A stretch of 38,403 bases of DNA. Source: an uncultured Elusimicrobiaceae bacterium. Its GTDB lineage: Bacteria > Elusimicrobiota > Endomicrobiia > Endomicrobiales > Endomicrobiaceae. The position numbers and the translations under genes are program-made. Within the stretch, counting starts at the first letter, position 1. Each line of letters starts with the position of its first letter. The stretch covers positions 33,751-72,153 of the forward strand of contig CAYTCB010000001.1 of NCBI GenBank assembly GCA_964436195.1, written 5' to 3'. The notes under the pieces were generated by a model. It made no database searches. It had not been told where the DNA came from and saw only the letters and a program-made list of their open reading frames with translations. Positions 27,248 through 35,316 of the stretch are shown piece after piece.

Positions 27248-27274
27248 TATAGCATAAGAAATCAAATTTGTCAA
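27246..27274 (-). promoter_or_regulatory. Sigma70 promoter of clpB
   Basis: Minus strand reads TTGACA (27274-27269), 17 nt, TATACT (27251-27246). Confidence 0.75.
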
Positions 27275-27292
27275 TTGTCTTTTATAAAAGTC

Positions 27293-27321
27293 TTGATTTT
27301 TGCGGTTTTGTAATATATAAT
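27293..27321 (+). promoter_or_regulatory. Sigma70 promoter of the 32-aa ORF (divergent from clpB)
   Basis: TTGATT (27293-27298), 17 nt, TATAAT (27316-27321). Confidence 0.65.
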
Positions 27322-27365
27322 AATGGCAGTAATGTAATGTTTAAGCGTTTCGGAGAGGGCATAAA

Positions 27366-27464
27366 ATGAAAAAAGATAAGAAAAAAGTTTGGACTAAACC
27401 TAAACTTACCAAGATTAAAGTTGAAATAGATTCTGTTATTTCAGCCAGCGACATGTATTATTAA
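27366..27464 (+). CDS. Unannotated small ORF (32 aa): MKKDKKKVWTKPKLTKIKVEIDSVISASDMYY
   Basis: Absent from the ORF track (too short). RBS GGAGAGGG at 27352-27359, 6 nt before the ATG. Own promoter upstream and a strong hairpin terminator downstream. The W-T-K-P motif resembles PqqA-type / rSAM RiPP leader peptides. Confidence 0.5.
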   Translation: MKKDKKKVWTKPKLTKIKVEIDSVISASDMYY

Positions 27465-27494
27465 TTATGAAATTCTGTTGAAAAATATTAAAAT

Positions 27495-27529
27495 GTATCC
27501 ACCGGTTAACGGTGGATACGTTTATTTTA
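27495..27529 (+). terminator. Rho-independent terminator or attenuator between the small ORF and acpS
   Basis: gtatccaccg (27495-27504), loop gttaa, cggtggatac (27510-27519), then gtttatttt. The hairpin (27519) ends 20 nt and its T-rich tail (27528) about 11 nt before the acpS ATG. Confidence 0.75.
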
Positions 27530-27539
27530 CGGGTAAAAC

Positions 27540-27878
27540 ATGAAAATAGGCATAGATATCGAAGAAGTATCAAGGTTTTCTAAACTTGTAAAAAATAAAT
27601 CTTTTTTGAAAAGAGTTTTTTCACGGGAAGAAATAGAATATTGCCTTTCTAAAAAACATTCCGCAGCCCAGCATTTTGCAGTTCGTTTTGCCGCAAAAGA
27701 AGCCGTCTGGAAAGCCGTAAATCATTTGAAAAACATAGTCATTACCGATATATTTATTAAAAATGAAAATACAGGAAAACCTCAGGTTTTTATAAAAAAT
27801 AAAAAGGCCGGTTTTATAGATGTTTCATTGTCCCACACGGCAAAAATTGTTGTTGCCGTCGCAGTTTCTTCAAAATAA
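27540..27878 (+). CDS. acpS: Holo-[acyl-carrier-protein] synthase (4'-phosphopantetheinyl transferase)
   Basis: 112 aa with GIDIEEVSRF, FSREEIEYC and FAVRFAAKEAVWKA. Confidence 0.9.
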   Translation: MKIGIDIEEVSRFSKLVKNKSFLKRVFSREEIEYCLSKKHSAAQHFAVRFAAKEAVWKAVNHLKNIVITDIFIKNENTGKPQVFIKNKKAGFIDVSLSHTAKIVVAVAVSSK

Positions 27879-27879
27879 A

Positions 27880-28752
27880 ATGAAATTTAAAAATATTTTT
27901 AAAAGAAAAAAAAACAGTCATAAAAACGATTACGGACATGTTTTTATAGCTGCCGGTTCTTACAATATGCCGGGGGCGGCCGTATTATGCGCAAATGCCG
28001 CAATTACAGCCGGAGCCGGTCTTGTAACTTTGGCTTTTCCGCGCTCATGTTATAACGGCATCTCAAAAAAAGTTAAACCTGAAATAATGCTGCTTCCGTT
28101 AGACGATTCAGGCGGCAAACTTTCTCAAAAAGCAAAAAAAACAATCATTAATTTTATAAAATCGCGCCGCGTAACTTCGGCGGTATTCGGATGCGGGTCC
28201 GGCAGAAGCGGGGCGTTAAAAAATATTATCTCAGAAGTTATCAAGAGTTTTGAAATTCCGGTAATTATAGACGCCGACGGATTAAATGTTTTTGAAAAAG
28301 AACAAAAAAACGGGATTATAAAGCAGTTCAAAAATGCAAAAGCTAAAATAATATTGACTCCACATCCGAAAGAATTTGAAAGAATTTCAGGTCTGAAATA
28401 TAAAGATTCCCGGTCGGCCCGAAAAAAGCAGGCCAAGCTTTTTGCCGCAAATAATGGTACAATCTGCGTATTGAAAGGCAGCGATACGGTTGTGTCGGAC
28501 GGTTTGTCAGTTTATGTCAATAAAACCGGGAATCCCGGAATGGCGACGGCAGGAAGCGGGGATGTCTTATCAGGGATAACGGCTGCTTTTGCAGGTTATA
28601 ATAATAAGGATTTAATGTTAAAAGTTGAGGCGGCAGTTTATACGCACGGGCTTGCCGGCGATATTGCGGCTGCGGAGAAAACGCAGATTTGTCTTACGGC
28701 AGGAGACATTATAAATAATATGCCTGAAGCGATCGGGAGAATAATAAAATGA
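27880..28752 (+). CDS. nnrD: ADP-dependent NAD(P)H-hydrate dehydratase (YjeF C-terminal domain only)
   Basis: Motifs KNDYGHVFIAAGSYNMPGAAVLCANAA, IIDADGLN, LTPHPKEFERI, VLKGSDTVV and GSGDVLSGI. ATG at 27880 lies 1 nt after the acpS stop. The longer track ORF overlaps acpS. Confidence 0.88.
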   Translation: MKFKNIFKRKKNSHKNDYGHVFIAAGSYNMPGAAVLCANAAITAGAGLVTLAFPRSCYNGISKKVKPEIMLLPLDDSGGKLSQKAKKTIINFIKSRRVTSAVFGCGSGRSGALKNIISEVIKSFEIPVIIDADGLNVFEKEQKNGIIKQFKNAKAKIILTPHPKEFERISGLKYKDSRSARKKQAKLFAANNGTICVLKGSDTVVSDGLSVYVNKTGNPGMATAGSGDVLSGITAAFAGYNNKDLMLKVEAAVYTHGLAGDIAAAEKTQICLTAGDIINNMPEAIGRIIK

Positions 28753-29903
28753 ATTTATCTGAAAAACTTAAAAATATAAGAAGAACCATACACGCAAATC
28801 CGGAGCTCGGCAATGAAGAATTTAAAACGGCGGCTCTTGTAGAGAAAATATTAAAAGAACATAAAATAAAAACATACAGGCTTTGCAAAACAGGAGTCGT
28901 CGGAATTTTGGAAGGCAAAAAAAAAGGCGCCAAAAAAACGGTTGCCTTAAGAGCGGATTTGGACGCGCTTCCGATATCTGAAAAAAATAAAGTTTCATAT
29001 AAATCAAAAAATAAATGCGTGATGCATGCCTGCGGTCACGACGGAAATACAGCCATAATGCTGGGAGCGGCAATGGTTTTATCTTCCCGGACCGATGAAT
29101 TTTCAGGCAGAGTCCAGTTTATATTCCAGCCCAATGAAGAATCTTCCGGCGGTGCGAAAAGAATGATGGAAGAAGGCGTTCTGTCAAAAAATAAAGTTGA
29201 CACTATCCTGGGAGTTCATGTAAGTCCGTGGCTGAAAACGGGACAGGTAGGTTTAAAATACGGAGCCATGATGGCCGGCGTTGACAGATTTATAATAGAA
29301 ATAAACGGAGAGACAGGGCACGGAGCATATCCGCATCTTGCAAAAGACGCATTGGTATGCGCCTGCGAATTTGTAATGTCTCTTCAAACGATAGTTTCAA
29401 GAACTATCAGTCCTCTTGATCCGGCGGTAGTGACAGTAGGCGAAATTTCAGGCGGTGAAAAATATAACATCATATGCGGAAAGGCCAAGCTTGTAGGCAC
29501 AGTAAGAACTTTAAACAACGATACGAGAAATAAAATTAAAAACGAAATAATAAACAGGCTTGAAGGAATGTCTAAAATATACGGGATGTCTTATACGGTT
29601 GATTATAAAGCTTTGGGCAATCCTCTGATAAACGATAACGATATAGTTGACATATGCAAACAAGCCGCCGAAGAATATTACGGTAAAAACAACGTAAGTC
29701 TTTTGTCCGAACCTTCAATGGGCGGCGAAGATTTTGCCGAATATCTGCAAAAAGTAAAAGGATGTTTTGTATATGCCGGCACTTCATGCGGCAAAAGCAC
29801 TTCATATCCGTGGCACCACGAGAATTTTGATATAGACGAAAAAGCGCTTCCCAAAGCAGCGTCGTTTATAGCGCATGCCGCAAAAAAAATATTAAACGGT
29901 TAA
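28749..29903 (+). CDS. M20-family amidohydrolase (N-acyl-L-amino acid amidohydrolase / hippurate hydrolase-like)
   Basis: Motifs IHANPELGNEEFKT, LRADLDALPI, HACGHDGNTA, FQPNEE and GGEDFAEY. Start overlaps the upstream stop. Confidence 0.88.
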   Translation: MNLSEKLKNIRRTIHANPELGNEEFKTAALVEKILKEHKIKTYRLCKTGVVGILEGKKKGAKKTVALRADLDALPISEKNKVSYKSKNKCVMHACGHDGNTAIMLGAAMVLSSRTDEFSGRVQFIFQPNEESSGGAKRMMEEGVLSKNKVDTILGVHVSPWLKTGQVGLKYGAMMAGVDRFIIEINGETGHGAYPHLAKDALVCACEFVMSLQTIVSRTISPLDPAVVTVGEISGGEKYNIICGKAKLVGTVRTLNNDTRNKIKNEIINRLEGMSKIYGMSYTVDYKALGNPLINDNDIVDICKQAAEEYYGKNNVSLLSEPSMGGEDFAEYLQKVKGCFVYAGTSCGKSTSYPWHHENFDIDEKALPKAASFIAHAAKKILNG

Positions 29904-29904
29904 A

Positions 29905-31092
29905 TTATTTAAAATCGAGATCTGCCATCGGCAATGGGCTCAGAGAATTTATAATGCTTAGAAATCTGAATCCTTCGATGTCTTTTCTTATCGGGTCAAA
30001 GCATTTTGCAGAAAATCTGTCAAAGTACTCTTGTTCTTCAAGCAGAATTTTTCTTGCCAGTTTTTTTGCATAATCATGGTTGCCTTTTCTGAGCATTTCA
30101 AAAGCCTTGATAAAAGTATTTTCCGGTTTTGAGGAAGATATAACCTCAAACGAATTTTCAATCGTCTCAATAACGGAAGAAAAATCAGAATCCTGCCTTA
30201 AACGGTATATAAACTGCAGGTCGTCGTCCAAAAGTTTCTGCAGTATATCAAGAGCTTCTTTGTTTTTGGCCATAAGAATATTTGCTTTTGCCTGCATATA
30301 TTTTGATTCAAGAGTCTGGTAAATGCCGTTTGAAAGAACGGCAAATTCAAGCATCTGGCCGTATTTTCCTGTTACATTTTCCGTTAAAACCTCATTTTCT
30401 TTAAAGTATAATTCGTTGCCCGTCACCAAATACAATACAGACAGATGAAGAGCGATTTCCGCAACCATTTTTTTAATATCGTGAGTTTCTTTTATTTTGC
30501 CTATAAGTCTTGGGGAGGTCAGCTCGGCCTGGCCGTAACGCAGAGCTTTTTTTAAATAAGATTCGGCTTTGTCCAGATCAATAAGATTCTGTTCGCTGTT
30601 ATTGCAGTAAAGATATATTTTTGCTACCTGAAGATTTACAAAAAAATCTGAATCGTCCAGTTCTATAGCCTTTAAAAAAAATTCAAGCGCTTTATCAAAA
30701 AGAGATACCGAAAGCTTGTTTATGCCGCTTGACCGGTATTCGCAGGCTTCGGCCATTTTAGGATTTTTTTGCGGTTCTCTGAGTGCGTCAAGATAAGCAA
30801 GTACCATTCTGAGATTTCCGTTGGCGACCGTTATTGTGTCTATGGGAAGCGACAGCTTAAAATCAAATACGTTGCCCAGATTTTCTATCGTCGCTATCAT
30901 GCTTGGCAGACGCTGTACGGCGTTTTCATTCATGTGGTATGAATCGTTTGCTATTTCTGAAAATCCTTCAGGCAGTCCGTTGACGTAATTCTGAATATAA
31001 TTTCTTATTAATGCATTAGGAGTCGTTTGAAGAATTGAAGGCAGAAACGTGTATTTGCCCCAGTCTGTATTTTTATTTCTCTGGTATGTCAT
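29905..31092 (-). CDS. Hypothetical soluble protein with TPR-like helical repeats
   Basis: 395 aa with no signal peptide or TM. Repeats include ALEFFLKAIELDDSDFFVNLQVAKIY, AESYLKKALRY and AKANILMAKNKEALDILQKLL. N-terminal about 110 aa unrecognised. RBS GGGGA. Confidence 0.6.
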   Translation of the reverse strand: MTYQRNKNTDWGKYTFLPSILQTTPNALIRNYIQNYVNGLPEGFSEIANDSYHMNENAVQRLPSMIATIENLGNVFDFKLSLPIDTITVANGNLRMVLAYLDALREPQKNPKMAEACEYRSSGINKLSVSLFDKALEFFLKAIELDDSDFFVNLQVAKIYLYCNNSEQNLIDLDKAESYLKKALRYGQAELTSPRLIGKIKETHDIKKMVAEIALHLSVLYLVTGNELYFKENEVLTENVTGKYGQMLEFAVLSNGIYQTLESKYMQAKANILMAKNKEALDILQKLLDDDLQFIYRLRQDSDFSSVIETIENSFEVISSSKPENTFIKAFEMLRKGNHDYAKKLARKILLEEQEYFDRFSAKCFDPIRKDIEGFRFLSIINSLSPLPMADLDFK

Positions 31093-31108
31093 TTTATCCC
31101 CGTCGCAA

Positions 31109-31942
31109 TTAAAGCGATTTGACCGCTTTTTCTATAAAATCAACTTTTCTTTTAATTTTTATCGCCGCTTTTATATCTTTATCTTCAAGAATGTCTCTCA
31201 TATCCGAGGCCGTTCCTGCAACATCATTAATTCTTGCTTTTGCAAGCGCCCTGTTAAAAAATGCAAACGGATTCGGAGACAATTCGATTGCTTTGTCAAA
31301 AGCTTCAATTGATTCCTGATATTTTTCAAGGTGGAAAAGGCATAAGCCTTTGTTGTAAAAAAATTTATAATTATAATTACTGTCTGCCAAATTAAAATAG
31401 TTTATGGATTCTTTGTAGTTATTCTGAAGCAAATAGAATATTGCCAGTTCGTAATACTTGTTTTGTGCCTTTAAAGAATCCACCACCGAATTTTTCTTGC
31501 TGTAAATACATGCTATTTCATAGTCTCTCTGCGTTATAAGAGGGTTGGTTTTATTGTTATAAATATTGATGATATAGTCGTAATGTCTGCCTCTGGTAAG
31601 GCTCAGGTATTCATCCTGGTTTTTTTTCTGGTTGTCTACCAGAGCTTCTTTTTTTTGGGAAGTTTTCAAATAAAGCGATATCAGTATTCTGAAGATCATA
31701 AAGCCGGCTATCAGAAAAGACGGAACCATTGTAAGAGGTAAAAGCAGCCCGCGTGAATTATGACTGAATATGAGAGCCGTCCATACTACCGAAGCAACCG
31801 CACCTATAAATAAAAAGAGAAAACCTATGCTTCCGCTGTAAGACTGTGTTCTGGTTCTGTAGGAATAGAAAGAATAAAATATGTAATGCAGTATAAAAAA
31901 GAAAAGGAACATCCCTATGAAAAGTAGAATTTTTGCAGCCAT
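31109..31942 (-). CDS. Hypothetical membrane-anchored TPR-repeat protein
   Basis: 277 aa with 3-4 N-terminal TM segments, then TPR units (YYELAIFYLLQNNYKESINYFNLA, YNKGLCLFHLEKYQESIEAFDKAIELSPN, FFNRALAKARINDVAGTASDMRDIL). Lies 16 nt upstream of the 395-aa gene. Confidence 0.65.
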   Translation of the reverse strand: MAAKILLFIGMFLFFFILHYIFYSFYSYRTRTQSYSGSIGFLFLFIGAVASVVWTALIFSHNSRGLLLPLTMVPSFLIAGFMIFRILISLYLKTSQKKEALVDNQKKNQDEYLSLTRGRHYDYIINIYNNKTNPLITQRDYEIACIYSKKNSVVDSLKAQNKYYELAIFYLLQNNYKESINYFNLADSNYNYKFFYNKGLCLFHLEKYQESIEAFDKAIELSPNPFAFFNRALAKARINDVAGTASDMRDILEDKDIKAAIKIKRKVDFIEKAVKSL

Positions 31943-32029
31943 TTGAAATTAATCCTTTTTATCCGTCAGTTTCTTACACAAGAATTATCTCAAATTTATT
32001 TTTTTATTTCAATAGCGTTAAAACATTGT

Positions 32030-32058
32030 TTGACAAAGAAAGAATAAAAATATAAAAT
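32030..32058 (+). promoter_or_regulatory. Sigma70 promoter of the tRNA gene
   Basis: TTGACA (32030-32035), 17 nt, TAAAAT (32053-32058). The tRNA 5' end lies about 20 nt downstream. Confidence 0.65.
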
Positions 32059-32078
32059 CTCTCTTACGTTTTATAAAT

Positions 32079-32155
<77 letters not shown>

Positions 32156-32159
32156 TATT

Positions 32160-32196
32160 AAAAGACCGGAATTTAAATTCCGGTCTTTTCTTTTTT
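32160..32196 (+). terminator. Bidirectional rho-independent terminator shared by the tRNA and the convergent small membrane protein gene
   Basis: Perfect palindrome gaccggaattt/aaattccggtc (32164-32185), flanked by aaaa upstream and ttttctttttt downstream. Overlaps the last codons of the minus-strand ORF ending at 32173. Confidence 0.8.
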
Positions 32197-32448
32197 GGAC
32201 AATAAATAGTTTCTGTAATAAATGACGGTATCGGTCAAAACAAGAAAAAAATTGAACAGATAAAGATAAAAAACGCCGTCGAAACTGTATATGTATTTAT
32301 GCAGCATTCCGGCTATGTATCCGACAAGGACGATGTATAAAAAAATTATGCTTTTCCCGGTATTTTTACGCGATTTGTAAGATTTATATATCGAGAAAGG
32401 CCATGCGCTTGCAAAACATAAAAGCATTATGATTTCAAAAATACTCAC
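32173..32448 (-). CDS. Small 3-TM membrane protein, PQ-loop / SemiSWEET-like
   Basis: 91 aa with three hydrophobic helices. The segment after TM1, AWPFSIYKSYKSRKNTGKSI, resembles the PQ-loop motif (PQ..ksyk.k...g.s) with PF in place of PQ. Confidence 0.45.
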   Translation of the reverse strand: MSIFEIIMLLCFASAWPFSIYKSYKSRKNTGKSIIFLYIVLVGYIAGMLHKYIYSFDGVFYLYLFNFFLVLTDTVIYYRNYLLSKKEKTGI

Positions 32449-32481
32449 GGTTGTCTCCCTAAATATGAAGCTTCCCAGCTT

Positions 32482-33723
32482 CTAAACTTCCGTATTGCTG
32501 CCGGCAAGATATCCTGTTGAAAAAGCTATCTGCAGGTTAAATCCGCCCGTCGGCCCGTCCAGATCAAGAACCTCTCCGCAAAAAAATACATTATCGGAAA
32601 GTTTTGATTTCATTGTCGCCTGTTCTATTTCCGAAACCGATATTCCGCCTTTTGTTATAATGGCTTCGTTGAATTGTCTTGTTCCGGTTATTTCAAACCG
32701 TAAATCCTGGAATCCTTTGAGAAGCCGGGCTCTTTCCGTTTTTGAGACTTCCGAACATTTTTTTGTAGCGTTTATGCCGTTTATTTTCATAAACGGCTCA
32801 ATCATCGCGATAGGAATCATTTCTTTTAGCATTTGTTTCACAGGCATTGAACCGAAAGAATTCAGTTCTCTTACAAGTCGCATATCAAGCGTTTTATCGT
32901 CAAGGCCCGGTTTTAAATTTACGGACAGTTCGATTTTTTTATTTTCTTTTGCAAGTTTAAAAATATCTCCGCTCATCGTTAAAATAACAGGCCCCGTCAT
33001 GCCGAAAGACGTGAATTCAAAATCTCCGAAAAGTTTCTGCTCCATTTTGCCGCCGGCAAAAAGAGTTATCTCGGAATTTTTTATTTTCAGCCCGTTAAGA
33101 GTTTTCAGATAGGGATTTTGCGAAGTTACCGGGACAAGCGCCGGAGAAGGTTCCGTGATTGTATGTCCGAATATTCTTGCAAATTTATATCCGTCGCCCG
33201 TAGAGCCTGTCTGCGGATAAGAAAGACCGCCTGTCGCTATAATATATTTTTTTGCCTTCAAAGTTTCGCCGTTTGCCAGAACGATCTCTGTTGCGGTTCG
33301 GTTTTCTTTTTTTACCGAAACGACTTCCGCGGATGTTTTGATTTTTACATTGTTTTCTTTCGCGTATTTTATAAGAGCATTTACGACGCTGTGGGCATCG
33401 TCGCTTAACGGGAAGTATCTTCCGCCTCTTTCAAGTTTTGTTTCAACTCCGTGTTTTTCGAAAAATGAAATAAGATCGCCGTTAAAAAATTTATTGAATG
33501 CGCTGAACAGAAATTTACCGTTCGTGCCGAGTTCGGCTATAAACTCGTGCATTTGGGCGCTGTTGGTTATATTGCATCTTCCTTTGCCCGTAATAGAAAG
33601 TTTTATGCCCGGTCTTGATTTTTTTTCAACAAGGCATACGTTCAGCCCGAGTTCTCCGGCTCTTCCTGCAGCCATAAGGCCGGCGGCGCCTGCTCCGATA
33701 ACTATAACGTCAAAATTATCCAT
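32482..33723 (-). CDS. HI0933/YhiN-family NAD(P)/FAD-dependent flavoprotein (BaiN-like)
   Basis: Motifs FDVIVIGAGAAGLMAAGRA, VEKKSRPGIKLSITGKGRCNITN, ATGGLSYPQTGSTGDGY and FCGEVLDLDGPTGGFNLQ. Confidence 0.88.
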   Translation of the reverse strand: MDNFDVIVIGAGAAGLMAAGRAGELGLNVCLVEKKSRPGIKLSITGKGRCNITNSAQMHEFIAELGTNGKFLFSAFNKFFNGDLISFFEKHGVETKLERGGRYFPLSDDAHSVVNALIKYAKENNVKIKTSAEVVSVKKENRTATEIVLANGETLKAKKYIIATGGLSYPQTGSTGDGYKFARIFGHTITEPSPALVPVTSQNPYLKTLNGLKIKNSEITLFAGGKMEQKLFGDFEFTSFGMTGPVILTMSGDIFKLAKENKKIELSVNLKPGLDDKTLDMRLVRELNSFGSMPVKQMLKEMIPIAMIEPFMKINGINATKKCSEVSKTERARLLKGFQDLRFEITGTRQFNEAIITKGGISVSEIEQATMKSKLSDNVFFCGEVLDLDGPTGGFNLQIAFSTGYLAGSNTEV

Positions 33724-34279
33724 GATATTTTGATTTCAGCTCTGACATAAGGGAATCTATTTTTGAATGTAATTCGGAAATACCGGAAGCGTCGTTTATA
33801 AAAGTAATGTCTGCCATAGACGCGCATAACGCCACCTGCTGTCCTGAACCGGAACTCTGCGATTCTTTTTTCTCAAGCTCCGCAAATTTTTCAAAAGTTT
33901 CCGGATCCCCGGGCCTTTTTCTTTTTTGCATTCTTTCAAAGCGGATTATTCCCGGAGCGTCAACATTTATAAGTACAAAGTTTTCTATTGTTTTCAGTTT
34001 TTCAACTTCTTTGCTGTGTCTTATTGAAGTTATGCAGTAATTTTTTCCGTGTTCAAATTTTTTTATTACCGATTTTGCCAGAACGTCATTGCCTTCATTT
34101 TTTCTTAAATTTGTTCCGAAAACTATCAAATTTTCTCTTGTCGGCTCAATTCCGGCTTCTTTCATCAGAAAGCGTATTTCGTCGGAAAGGGAGAAATGTC
34201 CGAATCCGTAATTGGAGACAATATATTCGGCAACAGTATCTTTGCCCGAACAGTAGGTGCCGGTTAATCCGATTATCAT
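33716..34279 (-). CDS. P-loop nucleotide kinase-like protein (dephospho-CoA kinase / adenylate kinase fold); substrate unknown
   Basis: 187 aa with P-loop IIGLTGTYCSGKDTVAEY. Size and layout match small NMP/CoaE-like kinases. Start lies 1 nt after the upstream stop. Confidence 0.55.
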   Translation of the reverse strand: MIIGLTGTYCSGKDTVAEYIVSNYGFGHFSLSDEIRFLMKEAGIEPTRENLIVFGTNLRKNEGNDVLAKSVIKKFEHGKNYCITSIRHSKEVEKLKTIENFVLINVDAPGIIRFERMQKRKRPGDPETFEKFAELEKKESQSSGSGQQVALCASMADITFINDASGISELHSKIDSLMSELKSKYHG

Positions 34280-34280
34280 A

Positions 34281-35231
34281 TTATTTTTTTACAACCTCCC
34301 CGAATTTCACGGAAAAAGAAAATCTGTGAGTCATTCCCAGATCTCCGTAAGGGACAAAAGCATAATCAAATGAAAAATCCATATAATTGATTCCGAACCC
34401 CGTATTGAGCCAGTTTAAACCGGGAATATCTTTATTTCTGCCGTCATAGCCTGCTCTGAGAAAAAAATCGGTTTGTGATGACAAAGAAAACAGGTATTCT
34501 CCTCCGGCATTAAAATACAAATTATTGTCATTCGGAAAGTTTAAATCAAGCGCCAAAAGAAGATTATCGGTCACATAGCTTGATATTCCGGTTTTTAACA
34601 ATACAGGCAGTTTCTCGGATTCATTATTGAATTTGATGTTTGTTCCTATATTGGACACGGCTGCCGCCACGGATGTTTTTCCGTCCGATAAATCGAAATT
34701 TGTCCCGAAATCAACTGCAAAAGCGCTTGCCGAATTGTCTATTTTACAGTTAATGTACTTCAAATTTGCTCCGAACTGCAGACTTCCGTAAGATCTGGCA
34801 TAAGAAAGATATAAAGCCGTATCGGCCGGCGAGAAAGAACCTTCCGTAACGGCATAAGAATTTATTTTGGCCATGGTCCCGTAAGAAACATACTGCAGCG
34901 CTACGGCAAGAGTGCCGTTTTTCTCAAAAGGCACGGCAAAAGATACCCATTCATAATTGATGTTTTCAAACCATGCCGTGTGTGAAAAGGAGACTGTTTT
35001 TTGTTCGATAGGCGCGAGATTTGCGGGATTCCAGTAAACGGCATCGCTTCCGCACAAATTGCTTACGGATGCATTTCCCATTGCCGCGTTCTTTGCCCCT
35101 ATTCCAAGCTTTAAAAACTGCGCCGCAGCGGTGCCAGTATCCTGTGATGATAAAAAAGCGTGCGCATTGCAGACAGCCGATAAAAACAAAATAACAACGG
35201 ACGCCCATTTAATAAGTTTTTCCATTGGCAT
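34281..35231 (-). CDS. PorV/FadL-like outer-membrane beta-barrel protein (stand-alone)
   Basis: Signal peptide ..VVILFLSAVCNAHA. Motifs GTAAAQFLKLGIGAKNAAMGNASVS and DAVYWNPANLA. C-terminal beta-signal GMTHRFSFSVKFG. Paralogous to the N-terminal domain of 6561-8696. Confidence 0.7.
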   Translation of the reverse strand: MPMEKLIKWASVVILFLSAVCNAHAFLSSQDTGTAAAQFLKLGIGAKNAAMGNASVSNLCGSDAVYWNPANLAPIEQKTVSFSHTAWFENINYEWVSFAVPFEKNGTLAVALQYVSYGTMAKINSYAVTEGSFSPADTALYLSYARSYGSLQFGANLKYINCKIDNSASAFAVDFGTNFDLSDGKTSVAAAVSNIGTNIKFNNESEKLPVLLKTGISSYVTDNLLLALDLNFPNDNNLYFNAGGEYLFSLSSQTDFFLRAGYDGRNKDIPGLNWLNTGFGINYMDFSFDYAFVPYGDLGMTHRFSFSVKFGEVVKK

Positions 35232-35262
35232 ATTGTATCAAATTTTCCTGAGAAATATTTAG

Positions 35263-35291
35263 TTGATACAAGATTTTTCTTTTTATATAAT
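35263..35291 (+). promoter_or_regulatory. Sigma70 promoter of the thioredoxin operon
   Basis: TTGATA (35263-35268), 17 nt, TATAAT (35286-35291). RBS AGGGAGGA lies before ATG 35317. Confidence 0.7.
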
Positions 35292-35316
35292 TTTCAAAAA
35301 TAATCAGGGAGGAACA

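Noticed and set aside
27905-27914. A9 homopolymer tracts inside coding regions (27906-27914, 28917-25, 1977-85) as phase-variation switches
   Set aside because: They encode Lys runs in housekeeping genes of an AT-rich genome, and they are not in surface or restriction genes or in promoter spacers. There is no evidence of variation from a single sequence.
35263-35316. Longer starts proposed by the ORF track for trxA (35263), trxB (36096) and the NAD(P)HX dehydratase (27820)
   Set aside because: In each case an internal ATG has a proper RBS and matches the conserved N-terminus of the family. The extensions overlap a promoter or the preceding gene.
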